The notes: generated by a model from the sequence alone, not told the origin. A stretch of DNA of 64,000 nucleotides from Candidatus Omnitrophota bacterium (GCA_043821285.1 JBDRCZ010000029.1:14959-78958); one strand, 5' to 3'. Positions 26,526-36,583 are shown, counted from the stretch's first letter. Numbers and translations are program-made.

Positions 26526-26540
26526 ATGTTATGTACTATT

Positions 26541-26665
26541 AGTTAATTCCAAATGACAAATTTCAAAATCCAAATTAATCTTCAAATAACTCAATCCCAA
26601 AAATCCATGCCCGAGGCGGGTGGAGGAAAAATCAAACATCAAAATGACAATGTAAAATTCAAATA
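26541..26665 (+). repeat. MITE-like family C element (partial/variant) just upstream of the 1,292-aa gene
   Basis: aattccaaatgacaaatttcaaaatccaaat ... cccgaggcgggtggagg ... aaatgacaatgtaaaattcaaat. Confidence 0.45.
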
Positions 26666-26773
26666 TTTTTTCTTTGATTTCTTTCAGTTTTTCTTCGCGA
26701 TCTTCGTGGGCTTCGTGGTTAAAACATCACATTTTTTAAGCTTGAACTATTATGACATAGCTTTGAAGTTTTT

Positions 26774-27043
26774 TTAAATACTGCGATAGGCGGATGGCCG
26801 GAGGGTGATTAAAAGGACCCCAATGCGCTTATCTCTCTTATCTATTTCATAAATTATACGATAATCACCTGCACGGTAACGATATAAAATCTTTTTTACT
26901 TTTAATCGCTTAATGTTTTGTCCCTGAAAAGGATTATTTTCTAAATCTTCAAAACATCTGTTTAGGCGATTGGCTAATTTAGACGAGCAATTTTGATAAA
27001 ATTTCAATGCCTGCGGCAGCAAAATTACCTTAAATTTATCCAC
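26774..27043 (-). CDS. type II toxin of the RelE/ParE family
   Basis: 89 aa, ending RYRAGDYRIIYEIDKRDKRIGVLLITLRP, a typical RelE/ParE C-terminus. Overlaps the upstream antitoxin gene by 8 nt. Confidence 0.75.
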   Translation of the reverse strand: MDKFKVILLPQALKFYQNCSSKLANRLNRCFEDLENNPFQGQNIKRLKVKKILYRYRAGDYRIIYEIDKRDKRIGVLLITLRPSAYRSI

Positions 27044-27269
27044 GCTTTACTTTTCTCCAGTTAGCACCCTTGCCCTTATAAAAAAGTTTGCTCTCCTTCT
27101 CAATGTGAGCTATTTCTTCGCTGGTAAGCGTCTCATCAACTTTTTCTAAAAGCAACTCGCGCACTAAAGCAGAAATAGATTTGTATTCCCTATCGCATAG
27201 ACATTTTATCTTCTCATATAATGAAGCCGGTAACCTTATCAATAACTCTTTATTCATAGTTATAGCCAT
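27036..27269 (-). CDS. antitoxin, likely ribbon-helix-helix/CopG-like
   Basis: 77 aa, LIRLPASLYEKIKCLCDREYKSISALVRELL. Gene order antitoxin then toxin. Confidence 0.6.
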   Translation of the reverse strand: MAITMNKELLIRLPASLYEKIKCLCDREYKSISALVRELLLEKVDETLTSEEIAHIEKESKLFYKGKGANWRKVKRG

Positions 27270-27313
27270 TTTTGTCTCCTTATAAATTTCATTACAATTT
27301 ATCTTCCACTATA

Positions 27314-27342
27314 AGTATATCATAATGATATATAATTGTCAA
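27314..27342 (-). promoter_or_regulatory. TA operon promoter (-35 TTGACA, 17 nt, -10 TATACT) with an operator-like palindrome ATATCATTATGATAT in the spacer
   Basis: Minus-strand read: ttgacaattatatatcattatgatatacttatagtgg, about 45 nt upstream of the antitoxin ATG. Confidence 0.5.
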
Positions 27343-27640
27343 GTTTAGATTTCAATACCAGTTGTCATACAGGACGTTCAGACGTCTGTATAAAAATACA
27401 ATTTTGAAATGTTAAAAATTAAAACAATAGTTCATCCTTTTAAAACATATAATCCTTAAACCACAAAGCACCAAGCGCACAAAGTTTTTGTATTCATTCT
27501 TCGTGCCCTTTGTGTCCTTCGTGGTAAATAATTTTCTATTTTTTCTTTTGTCTGAACTGGTACTTCTTTGCGTATCGGATTAATTTATTTTTATTATTTT
27601 CGTCAGATAACGTAAAGCTCGCAGAGAAAATATAAAATTA

Positions 27641-27735
27641 GACAGGATTGACAAGATAAAAAAGGATAAAACTAATCGTGTTAATCATGTAAATCCTGTC
27701 AAAGAAAAAATATTTGAATTTTACATTGTCATTTT
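27641..27735 (+). repeat. repeat family F copy 2
   Basis: gacaggattgacaagataaaaaaggataaaactaatcgtgttaatcatgtaaatcctgtcaaagaaaaaatatttgaatt. Confidence 0.5.
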
Positions 27736-27780
27736 CTTGCCTACCGGCAGGCAGGGATTTTTGATGTTTTCCACCAGAGG

Positions 27781-27838
27781 CGGACCCGCCTCCGGCGGGA
27801 ATTTTGGGATTAAGTTATTAAATGATTCATTTGGATTT
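27781..27838 (+). repeat. MITE-like family C arm downstream of cysS
   Basis: aaatgattcatttggattttgtcatttgacatttgag. Confidence 0.45.
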
Positions 27839-27869
27839 TGTCATTTGACATTTGAGATTAAATAAAGCC

Positions 27870-29312
27870 TTACTGTTTCTTTCTCCGCCAAATTGTGCCC
27901 TGTTTTGTGTCTTCTAAAATTACGCCTAATTCCTCTAACTCGTCTCTTATTTTGTCCGATGTTTTAAAATCTTTATTCTTGCGTGCCGCATCCCTTTGGG
28001 AAATTAAAACTTTTATCTTATATTTAATCTCATCCGGTAATATCTCTTCCTTTATATCACTAAGAAAAAGCCCCAGTACATTACCTAAGCTGATAATTGT
28101 TTCTTTGGCTGATTTTATAAATGCTTTTAAATCTTCCGGGGGGTCAACCGCGGCATCGATCTTTTTGTTTATTAATGTAACCATGTCAAATAATACAGAT
28201 AATGCTTCTGCAGCGTTAAAATCATCATCCATTACTTGTTCAAATCGCTGCGTTAACTCAGCTAACTCCTTAAATTCTTTTTTCCGGTGCTCAAGGTTAC
28301 CGGCAATACGCTCAACCCGTTGAAATAATATATAAAACCTTTCTCTGGCCCGTTCAGCCTCAATAAGTTTTTCCTCTGTATAATTCAGGGGACTCGCATA
28401 ATGTGTGCCTAAAAACATGATTTTTAATGCTTCGGGATTATGTCTTTTAATAATTTTGCCAAGGGTTATAAAATTTCCTAATGATTTTGACATCTTTTCT
28501 CCGTTTACGGAAAGTAATCCATTATGTATCCAAAAGCCGGCAAATTTTTTTCCAGTAAATGCCTCGCTCTGGGCAATTTCATTTTCATGATGCGGAAAGA
28601 TTAAATCAAGACCCCCGCCATGAATGTCAAAACTCTCACCCAAATATTTTGTGCTCATTACCGAACACTCAATGTGCCAGCCGGGCCGGCCCCGTCCCCA
28701 TGGACTGTTCCATGAAGGTTCATTTGGCCTTGTCTTTTTCCAAAGGGCAAAATCTAATGGATCGTTTTTCTTTTCACCGGGATGTACCCTTGCCCCGCTG
28801 TGCAGTTCGTCAATGCTCTGGTGCGAGAGTTTGCCATATTGCTTGAACTTTTTTACCTCAAAGTAAACATCGCCTTCCACGGCATATGCATACCCTTTAT
28901 CAATTAGTCCAGAAATCATTTCAATCATATCTTTAATATGTGCGGTAGCCTTTGGCTCAACATCCGGCGGCATAATCTGCATCATGGTCATATCATGATA
29001 ATAAGCGTTAAGATAAAAATCCGCTACGGCCTGACAGGCCTGATTTAAATCCACCACTCCCCCGGCTTGATCCTGTGCTTTAGTTATAATTTTATCATCA
29101 ACATCCGTAATATTACGCACAAATTTTACCTGGTACTTCCTATACAATAAATAACGCCGGATAATATCAAAGGTAAATGCCGCGCGCAGATGCCCAAGAT
29201 GCGCCTCGTCATATACCGTAGGCCCGCAGACATATATCCCAACCTCCTCCATGGTAAGCGGCTGGAATTCTTCTTTTTTTCTGGTTAAGGTGTTGTAGAT
29301 ATGTAGCGCCAT
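27870..29312 (-). CDS. cysS: cysteine--tRNA ligase
   Basis: HIGH-type motif (AHLGHL region), KMSKS, zinc-binding Cys residues; 480 aa. Confidence 0.93.
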   Translation of the reverse strand: MALHIYNTLTRKKEEFQPLTMEEVGIYVCGPTVYDEAHLGHLRAAFTFDIIRRYLLYRKYQVKFVRNITDVDDKIITKAQDQAGGVVDLNQACQAVADFYLNAYYHDMTMMQIMPPDVEPKATAHIKDMIEMISGLIDKGYAYAVEGDVYFEVKKFKQYGKLSHQSIDELHSGARVHPGEKKNDPLDFALWKKTRPNEPSWNSPWGRGRPGWHIECSVMSTKYLGESFDIHGGGLDLIFPHHENEIAQSEAFTGKKFAGFWIHNGLLSVNGEKMSKSLGNFITLGKIIKRHNPEALKIMFLGTHYASPLNYTEEKLIEAERARERFYILFQRVERIAGNLEHRKKEFKELAELTQRFEQVMDDDFNAAEALSVLFDMVTLINKKIDAAVDPPEDLKAFIKSAKETIISLGNVLGLFLSDIKEEILPDEIKYKIKVLISQRDAARKNKDFKTSDKIRDELEELGVILEDTKQGTIWRRKKQ

Positions 29313-29320
29313 AACTTACT

Positions 29321-29458
29321 AATTCCAAAATCCAAATGAATCTTTAAATATCTGAATCTCAAAAAAAACAATTATAAAATCTTTTTCTATTTGTCTGCCC
29401 GCCGTGATTTTGACAGGTTATTTTTTTGTTGAATGATTAATTTGTCATTTGTCATTTC
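29321..29458 (+). repeat. MITE-like family C element between cysS and gltX
   Basis: aattccaaaatccaaatgaatctttaaatatctgaatctcaaaaaaaacaatt ... gattaatttgtcatttgtcatttc. The internal part matches the 48666-48870 element. Confidence 0.6.
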
Positions 29459-30936
29459 TTAAGCGCTTCCCCCATCCTCTTAAGGCAAACCTCTTTACCC
29501 AAGAGCGGCAGGACAAAAGTAAGCTCCGGGCCTTGCATATCGCCGGTTAAGGCTACGCGTACCGGCAGGTATAAATTCTTTCCTTTTATCCCGGTTGCAG
29601 TTTGCACCTCTTTCATCAGCGCTTTAAAACTTACTACCGTAATCTCTTCCGCACTTTTGCTTAAACCTGATACCAGAGACGTCAATATTGCTTTTGCTTC
29701 TTCATTTTTCAATATATCCTGTGCTTCGTTGTTATAAGTTAGTATTTCCCGAAAAAATATATCTGCGTAAAGCAGGATATCTTTTATTTTTTTTAAACGC
29801 TCCTTGACCGTTAAAACTACTTGTTTAACCCGGTCAAATTTTTCCGCAGCGGTTTTTTCATCCAAAAAACCTGCCGCCACCAAATAAGGAATGCACATCC
29901 GGGTTAACTGTTCAATCTCTAAGCTGCGGATGTAATGTCCGGAAATCCAGTCAAGCTTCGCCGGGTCAAATAAAGCCTGCGACTTATTAAGATCTTCGAC
30001 TGCAAAATCAGAAATTATCTCCGGTTTTGATAAAATTTCCTTTTCTCCTTTTGGCGCCCAGCCGAGAAGCACCAGGTAATTAAACAGCGCCTCTGGTAAA
30101 TATCCCCGTGCACGATAACTATCAATTGAAACCGACTCTACCCGTTTACTAAGTTTTTCTCCGCCTTCGCCCATGGTCATTGACATGTGGGCAAATTGCG
30201 GAATGTGCGCCCCGAGACTTTCAAATATTAAAATATGACGCGGGGTATTCGAGAGGTGGTCTTCGCCTCTTAAAATATGGGTGATCTGCATTAAATAATC
30301 ATCTACACATACGGCAAAATTAAACATCGGATAGCCATCAGATTTCTGCACGACAAAATCTCCAATCACGGATGTATTAAACTGCACTCTCCCCCGTATT
30401 AAATCGTCAATTATAATCTCTCTGTTATCCGGTACCTTGAATCGCAACACCGGTATTCTATTTTCACTGCGGTATTTTTGTTTCTCTTCTTCGGTAAGAT
30501 TACGGCAGCGGTTGTCATAACGTGAAGTCTTACCCTGTTGAAGCAGTTTCTCCCTTCTTTCCTCCAGTTCTTCTGCGCGGCAGTAACACTCATATAATCT
30601 GCCGCGGTGCTTTAATTTATCCAGGTATTGCTTGTAAATATCAATCCGCTGTGACTGGACATAAGGGGCAAATTCTCCACCAATGTCCGGACCTTCATCC
30701 CAATCAATGCCCAGCCACTTCAAATCCGCGAAAATCTCCTGCACAAAATTTTTCTGTGAACGTTCTATATCAGTATCTTCAATTCTCAATATAAAACGCC
30801 CCTGCGCTTTGCGGGCAAATATCCAGTTAAACAGCGCTGTCCTGGCATTACCAATATGTAATCTGCCCGTGGGACTGGGGGCAAAACGTACTCGAACCAC
30901 GCTACCTCCGGTAGAATGACAAATGTCAAATTCCAA
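29452..30936 (-). CDS. gltX: glutamate--tRNA ligase. The tracked start is a TTG lying inside a repeat arm; the true start is probably near 30898 (GTG, VVRVRFAPSPTGRLHIG).
   Basis: HIGNARTALFNW and KLSKR motifs; 494 aa. Confidence 0.9.
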   Translation of the reverse strand: MEFDICHSTGGSVVRVRFAPSPTGRLHIGNARTALFNWIFARKAQGRFILRIEDTDIERSQKNFVQEIFADLKWLGIDWDEGPDIGGEFAPYVQSQRIDIYKQYLDKLKHRGRLYECYCRAEELEERREKLLQQGKTSRYDNRCRNLTEEEKQKYRSENRIPVLRFKVPDNREIIIDDLIRGRVQFNTSVIGDFVVQKSDGYPMFNFAVCVDDYLMQITHILRGEDHLSNTPRHILIFESLGAHIPQFAHMSMTMGEGGEKLSKRVESVSIDSYRARGYLPEALFNYLVLLGWAPKGEKEILSKPEIISDFAVEDLNKSQALFDPAKLDWISGHYIRSLEIEQLTRMCIPYLVAAGFLDEKTAAEKFDRVKQVVLTVKERLKKIKDILLYADIFFREILTYNNEAQDILKNEEAKAILTSLVSGLSKSAEEITVVSFKALMKEVQTATGIKGKNLYLPVRVALTGDMQGPELTFVLPLLGKEVCLKRMGEALKK

Positions 30937-31183
30937 ATAAGAAAACCGTCAAGCGGTTACGGTTACGTAAGTTTTTGTATTGTGTATTGAGTCGTGCGTA
31001 TTGCGGTTTTTATGGTATAGGAAAGTATACTCTTATACCCTTACGGGCACAAGTAAAACACTTTCCTAACCACTGAAAATCGCAGATTGTCGTCTTTTTA
31101 TTTTTTATGCTCAATACTCGATGCTCAATACGAGTATTATTACCTTAACCGTTACCGAATAAGCAGTGCGTAATACGCAATAC

Positions 31184-31675
31184 TTATTTAAGTTCAAGCA
31201 ATACTACTGCATACGCGGCAATGGCTTCTTTCTTGCCAATAACCCCGGTGCCTTCTGTTGTTGTTGCCTTTATGTTTACCGCTTGTTTGTCTATCCCCAG
31301 CACCCGGCTGATCTTTTGTTTCATCTCTTCCTTATAGGGACTAATCTTTGGCTGTTCTGCTAATACTACCACATCAATGTTTACTACGGAAAAATTTTTC
31401 TGAAAAATCAAATCCGCACTATTTTTAAGCAGCAAGAGACTGGAAATATTTTTGTAGGTTAAATTACCCGGGGGAAAATGTTCCCCAATATCACCCAAAC
31501 CCGCTGCCCCGAGCAAGGCATCGCATATTGCATGTAAAACTACATCCGCATCAGAATGCCCCTTTAGTCCCCTGGAATAAGGAACCTCCACCCCGCCCAA
31601 AAATAACTTACGCCCGGGCTCAAGGCAATGCAGGTCATATCCCAGTCCCGTGCGCCAGTTTAATGCTGTTTTCAC
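31184..31675 (-). CDS. ispF: 2-C-methyl-D-erythritol 2,4-cyclodiphosphate synthase
   Basis: GLGYDLHCL...GHSDADVVLHAICDALLGA. The N-terminal 14 codons overlap ispD and are probably not translated. Confidence 0.85.
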   Translation of the reverse strand: MKTALNWRTGLGYDLHCLEPGRKLFLGGVEVPYSRGLKGHSDADVVLHAICDALLGAAGLGDIGEHFPPGNLTYKNISSLLLLKNSADLIFQKNFSVVNIDVVVLAEQPKISPYKEEMKQKISRVLGIDKQAVNIKATTTEGTGVIGKKEAIAAYAVVLLELK

Positions 31676-32345
31676 TTTTTATTAATTCCTCCGCAATACG
31701 CAAATCAATCTGAGTGGTAATTTTGATATTCGAATACCGGCCTTTTACTATCTTTACTTTTTCCCCAATGCGTTCAACAAGCATTGCATCATCGGTTACA
31801 TTTTTTTTCTCGGCGCATTCGTAAGCACGAAGCAAAAGCTTTCGGCAAAACACCTGCGGGGTCTGGATATCCCAGAGCGCCTGCCGCGGGAGGGTCCGGG
31901 TAACAAAACGCCGGTTATCTGCCTGTTTTATCGTCGAAATAACCGGTACCGCAATCGCCGCCGCGCCATAGCGTTTTGCCTGTGCTATTGCCTGTTCGAC
32001 AATCTTTTTATCAATTAGCGGCCGGGCCGCATCATGCACCAAAATCAAATCTGCTTCTTCTGATACAGATTTTAACCCTCGATAAACCGAGAGATGACGC
32101 TGACTGCCGCCAAAAACAATCCTCACCGGCTTAGAAACCCGATACTCTGCAAGCAGCTTCTTTGCCCTTCGATAATCATCTTTGTTAATTACAAAAATGA
32201 TTTCACTAACACTCTTAAGTTCTGCTATTACCTTAAGAGAAAAAGCCGCGATTGGTTTATTCTGTAAGCAAACAAATGCCTTGTTTATTCTGCTCTTAAA
32301 CCTCTTTCCGCATCCCGCAGAAGCAACAATTGCCGATACCTTCAC
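31635..32345 (-). CDS. ispD: 2-C-methyl-D-erythritol 4-phosphate cytidylyltransferase
   Basis: [13 protein letters not shown]-terminal motif; 236 aa. Confidence 0.85.
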   Translation of the reverse strand: MKVSAIVASAGCGKRFKSRINKAFVCLQNKPIAAFSLKVIAELKSVSEIIFVINKDDYRRAKKLLAEYRVSKPVRIVFGGSQRHLSVYRGLKSVSEEADLILVHDAARPLIDKKIVEQAIAQAKRYGAAAIAVPVISTIKQADNRRFVTRTLPRQALWDIQTPQVFCRKLLLRAYECAEKKNVTDDAMLVERIGEKVKIVKGRYSNIKITTQIDLRIAEELIKSENSIKLAHGTGI

Positions 32346-33343
32346 TTCGCTGACTCCGCTTTCGCAAAAATCATCCGTCCAGCAGCAGTTTGCAGTACAC
32401 TGGTTACAATCACCCTAGTGGTATATCCGATAAACCTGCGTCCCTCTTCCACCACGATCATTGTCCCGTCATCAAGATAGGCTACGCCTTGGTCATATTC
32501 TTTGCCTTCGCGCACGATTTTAGCAATCATAACCTCTCCTGGCAAAACTACCGGCTTTAAGGCATTGGCTAATTCATTAATATTTAATACACTAATGCCC
32601 TGTAGTTCGGCTACTTTGTTTAAGTTAAAGTCATTGGTGAAAATTTTTGCCGTAAGCATTTTGGCCAACTTGATTAGTTTTGCATCGACCTCATGTATTT
32701 CCGGGAAGTCTTCGTCATGAATTTTAACGTCAATCTTTTTATTTTTCTGAATCTTATTCAAAACATCCAGTCCGCGGCGGCCGCGGTTGCGTTTTAACGC
32801 ATCAGAAGAATCGGCAATCTGCTGCAATTCTCTGAGGACAAAGCGCGGGATTATAAACTTACCCTCAATAAAACGCGTCTGGCTGAGATCTAAGATTCTC
32901 CCATCAATAATCACACTGGTGTCTAAGATTATAAACTCTTCCTTTTGGTCCTGCCGGGTGAATTTTACATAAGGAATAATCAAGTTAAACTCATCGCGCC
33001 CGCGGATAGCCACAACCATCCCCAGGTAACATAGCACCATCGTGATAATAACCCGCAATGTATTCGTCACTGCTTCATCTAATCCTAAAAGGACAAAAGA
33101 ATCAGTAAAAATTTTTGCTGCGAGTAATCCAAAAATTAATCCAAATACCGCACTGGATAACCCGCGCACAGATACCTTCCTTGAGCATAAATCAAGCAGC
33201 ACAATGCCCATACTGCCGAAAAAACCAAATACCGGACCTAACCATATCGCTTTTTCTTGATCAATCCCCAAAAGAGAAGCAATTTGATACCCTAGGGCGG
33301 TACCGATAAGCACAAAAATAATCCGCACAAACAGTATCGTCAT
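32342..33343 (-). CDS. yacL: PIN and TRAM domain membrane protein (YacL-like)
   Basis: N-terminal TM helices, a PIN domain ([12 protein letters not shown]) and a C-terminal TRAM-like segment. Sits in the conserved position between radA and ispD. Confidence 0.7.
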   Translation of the reverse strand: MTILFVRIIFVLIGTALGYQIASLLGIDQEKAIWLGPVFGFFGSMGIVLLDLCSRKVSVRGLSSAVFGLIFGLLAAKIFTDSFVLLGLDEAVTNTLRVIITMVLCYLGMVVAIRGRDEFNLIIPYVKFTRQDQKEEFIILDTSVIIDGRILDLSQTRFIEGKFIIPRFVLRELQQIADSSDALKRNRGRRGLDVLNKIQKNKKIDVKIHDEDFPEIHEVDAKLIKLAKMLTAKIFTNDFNLNKVAELQGISVLNINELANALKPVVLPGEVMIAKIVREGKEYDQGVAYLDDGTMIVVEEGRRFIGYTTRVIVTSVLQTAAGRMIFAKAESAK

Positions 33344-33384
33344 CCTTTCTCACCTCCTTCCAAATTACCCGCCATGACGGGTAA

Positions 33385-33490
33385 TTTAATTTCACATGTC
33401 AAATCTCAAATGAATTACTAAATAAAACAATCAAAAAATTAAAAGATTTGAAGATTAGAAGATTCATTTGGATTTTGGATTTTGTCATTA
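33385..33490 (+). repeat. MITE-like family C element between yacL and radA; its right arm supplies the last ~17 codons of the radA ORF
   Basis: atttcacatgtcaaatctcaaatgaatt ... gattcatttggattttggattttgtcatt. The radA C-terminal tail NDKIQNPNESSNLQIF is encoded by the arm. Confidence 0.55.
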
Positions 33491-34863
33491 TTGCTGCTGC
33501 TTGGCAGCAGCAATGCCACGGCCTCTTTTATCGTACTCACCCCAATACGCTCAATGCCCGTGGTATTTAACTTCGCCTTTAGGTTTGCCTTTGGCAATAT
33601 ACACCTTTTAAATCCGAGTTTCTCTGCCTCGCTTATCCGAACTTCCATACCATTTACCGCTCTGATCTCTCCCCCCAGTCCAATCTCGCCAAAGATAATA
33701 TCACCTTTTTTTGCCGGTATATCTTTACGGCTTGAAGCAATTGCCGCGGCAATCGCTAAATCTGCTGAGGGCTCAACAATCTTTATCCCGCCGGTAACAT
33801 TTATAAACACATCATAATTTGCCAGCGTAATTCCCGCTCTTCTTTCCAATACCGCAACCAGTAAAATTATCCGGTTAATATCCACTCCCGTACTGCGGCG
33901 GCGGGGCAGACCAAAATTGGTCGCGGCAACCAACGATTGTATCTCGACCACCAACGGCCGTGAACCTTCAATCGTCGGGGTAACAACCGCACCGGAAATT
34001 TCCAGCGTCCGATCTGATAAAAATAATTCTGACGGATTTTTAACCTCCGCTAACCCCTTGCCGGTCATTTCAAATATACCAATCTCATTTGTTGAACCAA
34101 AACGGTTTTTTACCGCACGTAAAATCCGGTACGATGCATGCCGGTCGCCTTCAAAATAAAGCACGGTGTCGACGATATGTTCCAAAACCCGCGGGCCGGC
34201 AAGCGCTCCCTCTTTGGTAACATGGCCAACAATAAACACCGAACAGCCTGTTGTCTTGGCCATACTGGTTAAAAGCGCCGCACACTCTCTTACCTGAGAA
34301 ACACTGCCGGCGCTGGAGGTTAGATCTTCCCGGTAGACCACCTGTATTGAGTCCAAAACCAAAATCTTAGGTTGTAATCTTTTTACATATTCAAGGATCA
34401 GTCCAAGATTTGTCTCCGAGACAATATATAAATTTTCCGAAGCTGTGCCCAAGCGGTTCGCACGCAGTTTTGTCTGTTTTACGGATTCCTCCCCACTGAC
34501 GTAGAGAATTTTTTCACCATTTGTACTAATATTATCAGAAATCTGAAGTAGTATCGTTGATTTGCCAATGCCCGGGTCACCACCGATTAAAACTACTGAC
34601 CCGGCAACCACTCCCCCGCCAAGCACACGATCAAGTTCCCGGATACCGGTTCTAATCCGGTCTTTTTCCTCTGTTTGAACGCAGTGGAGAAGTTCCGGTC
34701 CGAGGGAGGCATTAATATCCCAACTCCGCTGTTTGCCCTTTTGTTTTTCTACCTGAGACTCTTCGACCAGAGAATTCCAGCTGCTACAATCCGGACAGCG
34801 GCCAAGCCATTTGGCAGAGGTATACCCGCATTCCTGACAACAAAAAACAGTTTTCACTTTCAT
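33439..34863 (-). CDS. radA: DNA repair protein RadA/Sms
   Basis: N-terminal C4 zinc finger, Walker A GGDPGIGKST, KNRFG motif, Lon-like C-terminus. Confidence 0.92.
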   Translation of the reverse strand: MKVKTVFCCQECGYTSAKWLGRCPDCSSWNSLVEESQVEKQKGKQRSWDINASLGPELLHCVQTEEKDRIRTGIRELDRVLGGGVVAGSVVLIGGDPGIGKSTILLQISDNISTNGEKILYVSGEESVKQTKLRANRLGTASENLYIVSETNLGLILEYVKRLQPKILVLDSIQVVYREDLTSSAGSVSQVRECAALLTSMAKTTGCSVFIVGHVTKEGALAGPRVLEHIVDTVLYFEGDRHASYRILRAVKNRFGSTNEIGIFEMTGKGLAEVKNPSELFLSDRTLEISGAVVTPTIEGSRPLVVEIQSLVAATNFGLPRRRSTGVDINRIILLVAVLERRAGITLANYDVFINVTGGIKIVEPSADLAIAAAIASSRKDIPAKKGDIIFGEIGLGGEIRAVNGMEVRISEAEKLGFKRCILPKANLKAKLNTTGIERIGVSTIKEAVALLLPSSSNNDKIQNPNESSNLQIF

Positions 34864-34942
34864 AAGAAAATCGCCTTCTGCAATAACCTTCCCGTGACTT
34901 TCCGTATCAAGATATACCCCGGACGGGTCTTTGAAATATCAA

Positions 34943-35653
34943 TTATTTTTTAAGGTTCTTTTTTTTCTCTTTTTGTTTAAAGAATAATTTCCAGGGATGG
35001 CGCCTTACATCATCGATTAAATATTCCAAGTCATTATACATTTTATCCGAGGTGAGTAATTTACCAACCGTCCCCTGACCGCCTTCCAGATTTTTTGCAA
35101 TCGAGTTTATGGTAATACTGGTATCTTTGAAATTCTCACTGGCCTGGTTAAGATTAAGGATTGTTTCCCGCAGACTATTCGTCATTGTTTTATCCCCAAC
35201 AACGTCCATCAGCACCTCGGTTAACCGCTCAATACTTATTGGGTCCTTTCCCCGTAACACATCCCCGGCCTTAAGCAGTCCGCTGGCTTTGGATCCCGGA
35301 ACAAGTTCTACATATTTTTCCCCCATAATTCCCAATGTATTAATATAGGTTTGAGAATTCCGCGGGATGCGAATATTCGGACGAATATTTAAGGTTAACT
35401 CTACCTCAACCTTATTTTTCTCTTCATTATAAAATATTCTAATATCACTTACCTCACCCACACTTACTCCCGCCAGTCTTACCGGCGCCGTAGGTTCAAT
35501 CCCGCTGGCAAAACCAAAAATTGCCTTAATCGTATACCCCTGTTTACTCAGGATCGAACTGCCGCTAATCTGAAATAAGATAAAAGCCAGCACCACTCCT
35601 GAAAGCAGGATAAAAAATCCTACCTTAATCTGGATAACCGTCCTTTTTTCCAT
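34943..35653 (-). CDS. mlaD: MCE-domain protein MlaD
   Basis: N-terminal TM followed by an MCE domain; operon with mlaE and mlaF. Confidence 0.75.
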   Translation of the reverse strand: MEKRTVIQIKVGFFILLSGVVLAFILFQISGSSILSKQGYTIKAIFGFASGIEPTAPVRLAGVSVGEVSDIRIFYNEEKNKVEVELTLNIRPNIRIPRNSQTYINTLGIMGEKYVELVPGSKASGLLKAGDVLRGKDPISIERLTEVLMDVVGDKTMTNSLRETILNLNQASENFKDTSITINSIAKNLEGGQGTVGKLLTSDKMYNDLEYLIDDVRRHPWKLFFKQKEKKKNLKK

Positions 35654-35779
35654 AAATAAGCTCCTTTAAATTATTGCGGTTCTGTCAAAAGTTTTACTAT
35701 TGTATTATGCAAATATTCTTATCCCGTAAGAGTTTTTATTGAAATTAACTGCCCCTTAAAAATATAAACAAATAAAATA

Positions 35780-35822
35780 TTTACCACAGATTAAAAATCT
35801 TATTGTTTTCTATACGTGAACA
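35780..35822 (+). repeat. partial family A repeat (3' portion: tttaccacagattaaaaatcttattgttttctatacgtgaa)
   Basis: Aligns to the last ~40 bp of the full copies. Confidence 0.5.
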
Positions 35823-35835
35823 AAAATCAATTTTT

Positions 35836-36582
35836 TCATCGATTAGTTATCGGGCCTTCCGCTGCACCGGTTATAAACTGACGCACTACCGGATTGGTTG
35901 TCTGTTTAATCTTCGCCGGGGCATCAACCTCAATAATCCCCCCCTGATAAAGCATGGCAATCTTATCCGCCACTTTATAGGCAGAAGTCATGTCATGGGT
36001 TACGACAACGGATGTGATCGATAGCGTGTGATGCAGTTCAATTATTAAATCATTTATGGCATCTGCGCCGATGGGATCAACTCCGGTCGTTGGCTCATCA
36101 TAAAGGATAATTCTCGGGTCTATGCAAATTGCCCTGGCCAGTCCCACTCTTTTTTTCATGCCACCGCTGAGCTCTGAGGGATAAAAACCTTCCACTCCTT
36201 TAAGTCCCACCGCGGCCAAAGATGCGCTTACCTTTGCATCAATTTCCCGGTGCGGGGTATTGGTATGCTCGAACAAAGCAAATCCTACATTCTCGCGCAC
36301 GGTTAAAGAATCAAATAATGCTGCTCCTTGAAAAAGCATGCCGAAATTCAGACGGAATTTTTCAATCTTTTTGCCTCTTAATTTATTGATATCCTGTCCA
36401 TCAATAATAATTCTACCCATATCCGGGGACATCAGTCCAATAATGTGTTTTAACAATACACTCTTTCCACAGCCGCTTCTGCCAATTATGACCATGGTCT
36501 CACCGGTATTTATTTTTAAGCTCAAGTTATTTAGCACCGGATGATTGCCAAACGATTTAGTTATATTTGCGATCTCAATCAT
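35836..36582 (-). CDS. mlaF: ABC transporter ATP-binding protein MlaF
   Basis: Walker A GRSGCGKS, signature LSGGMKKRVGLARA. Confidence 0.85.
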   Translation of the reverse strand: MIEIANITKSFGNHPVLNNLSLKINTGETMVIIGRSGCGKSVLLKHIIGLMSPDMGRIIIDGQDINKLRGKKIEKFRLNFGMLFQGAALFDSLTVRENVGFALFEHTNTPHREIDAKVSASLAAVGLKGVEGFYPSELSGGMKKRVGLARAICIDPRIILYDEPTTGVDPIGADAINDLIIELHHTLSITSVVVTHDMTSAYKVADKIAMLYQGGIIEVDAPAKIKQTTNPVVRQFITGAAEGPITNR

Positions 36583-36583
36583 A

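Noticed and set aside
30937-31183. Possible T-box riboswitch leader upstream of gltX; the region is structured, with many short inverted repeats
   Set aside because: No T-box consensus (AATTAGGGTGGNACCGCG-like) or specifier-loop arrangement could be found when reading the minus strand. The palindromes fit the repeat families and an ispF-proximal hairpin instead.
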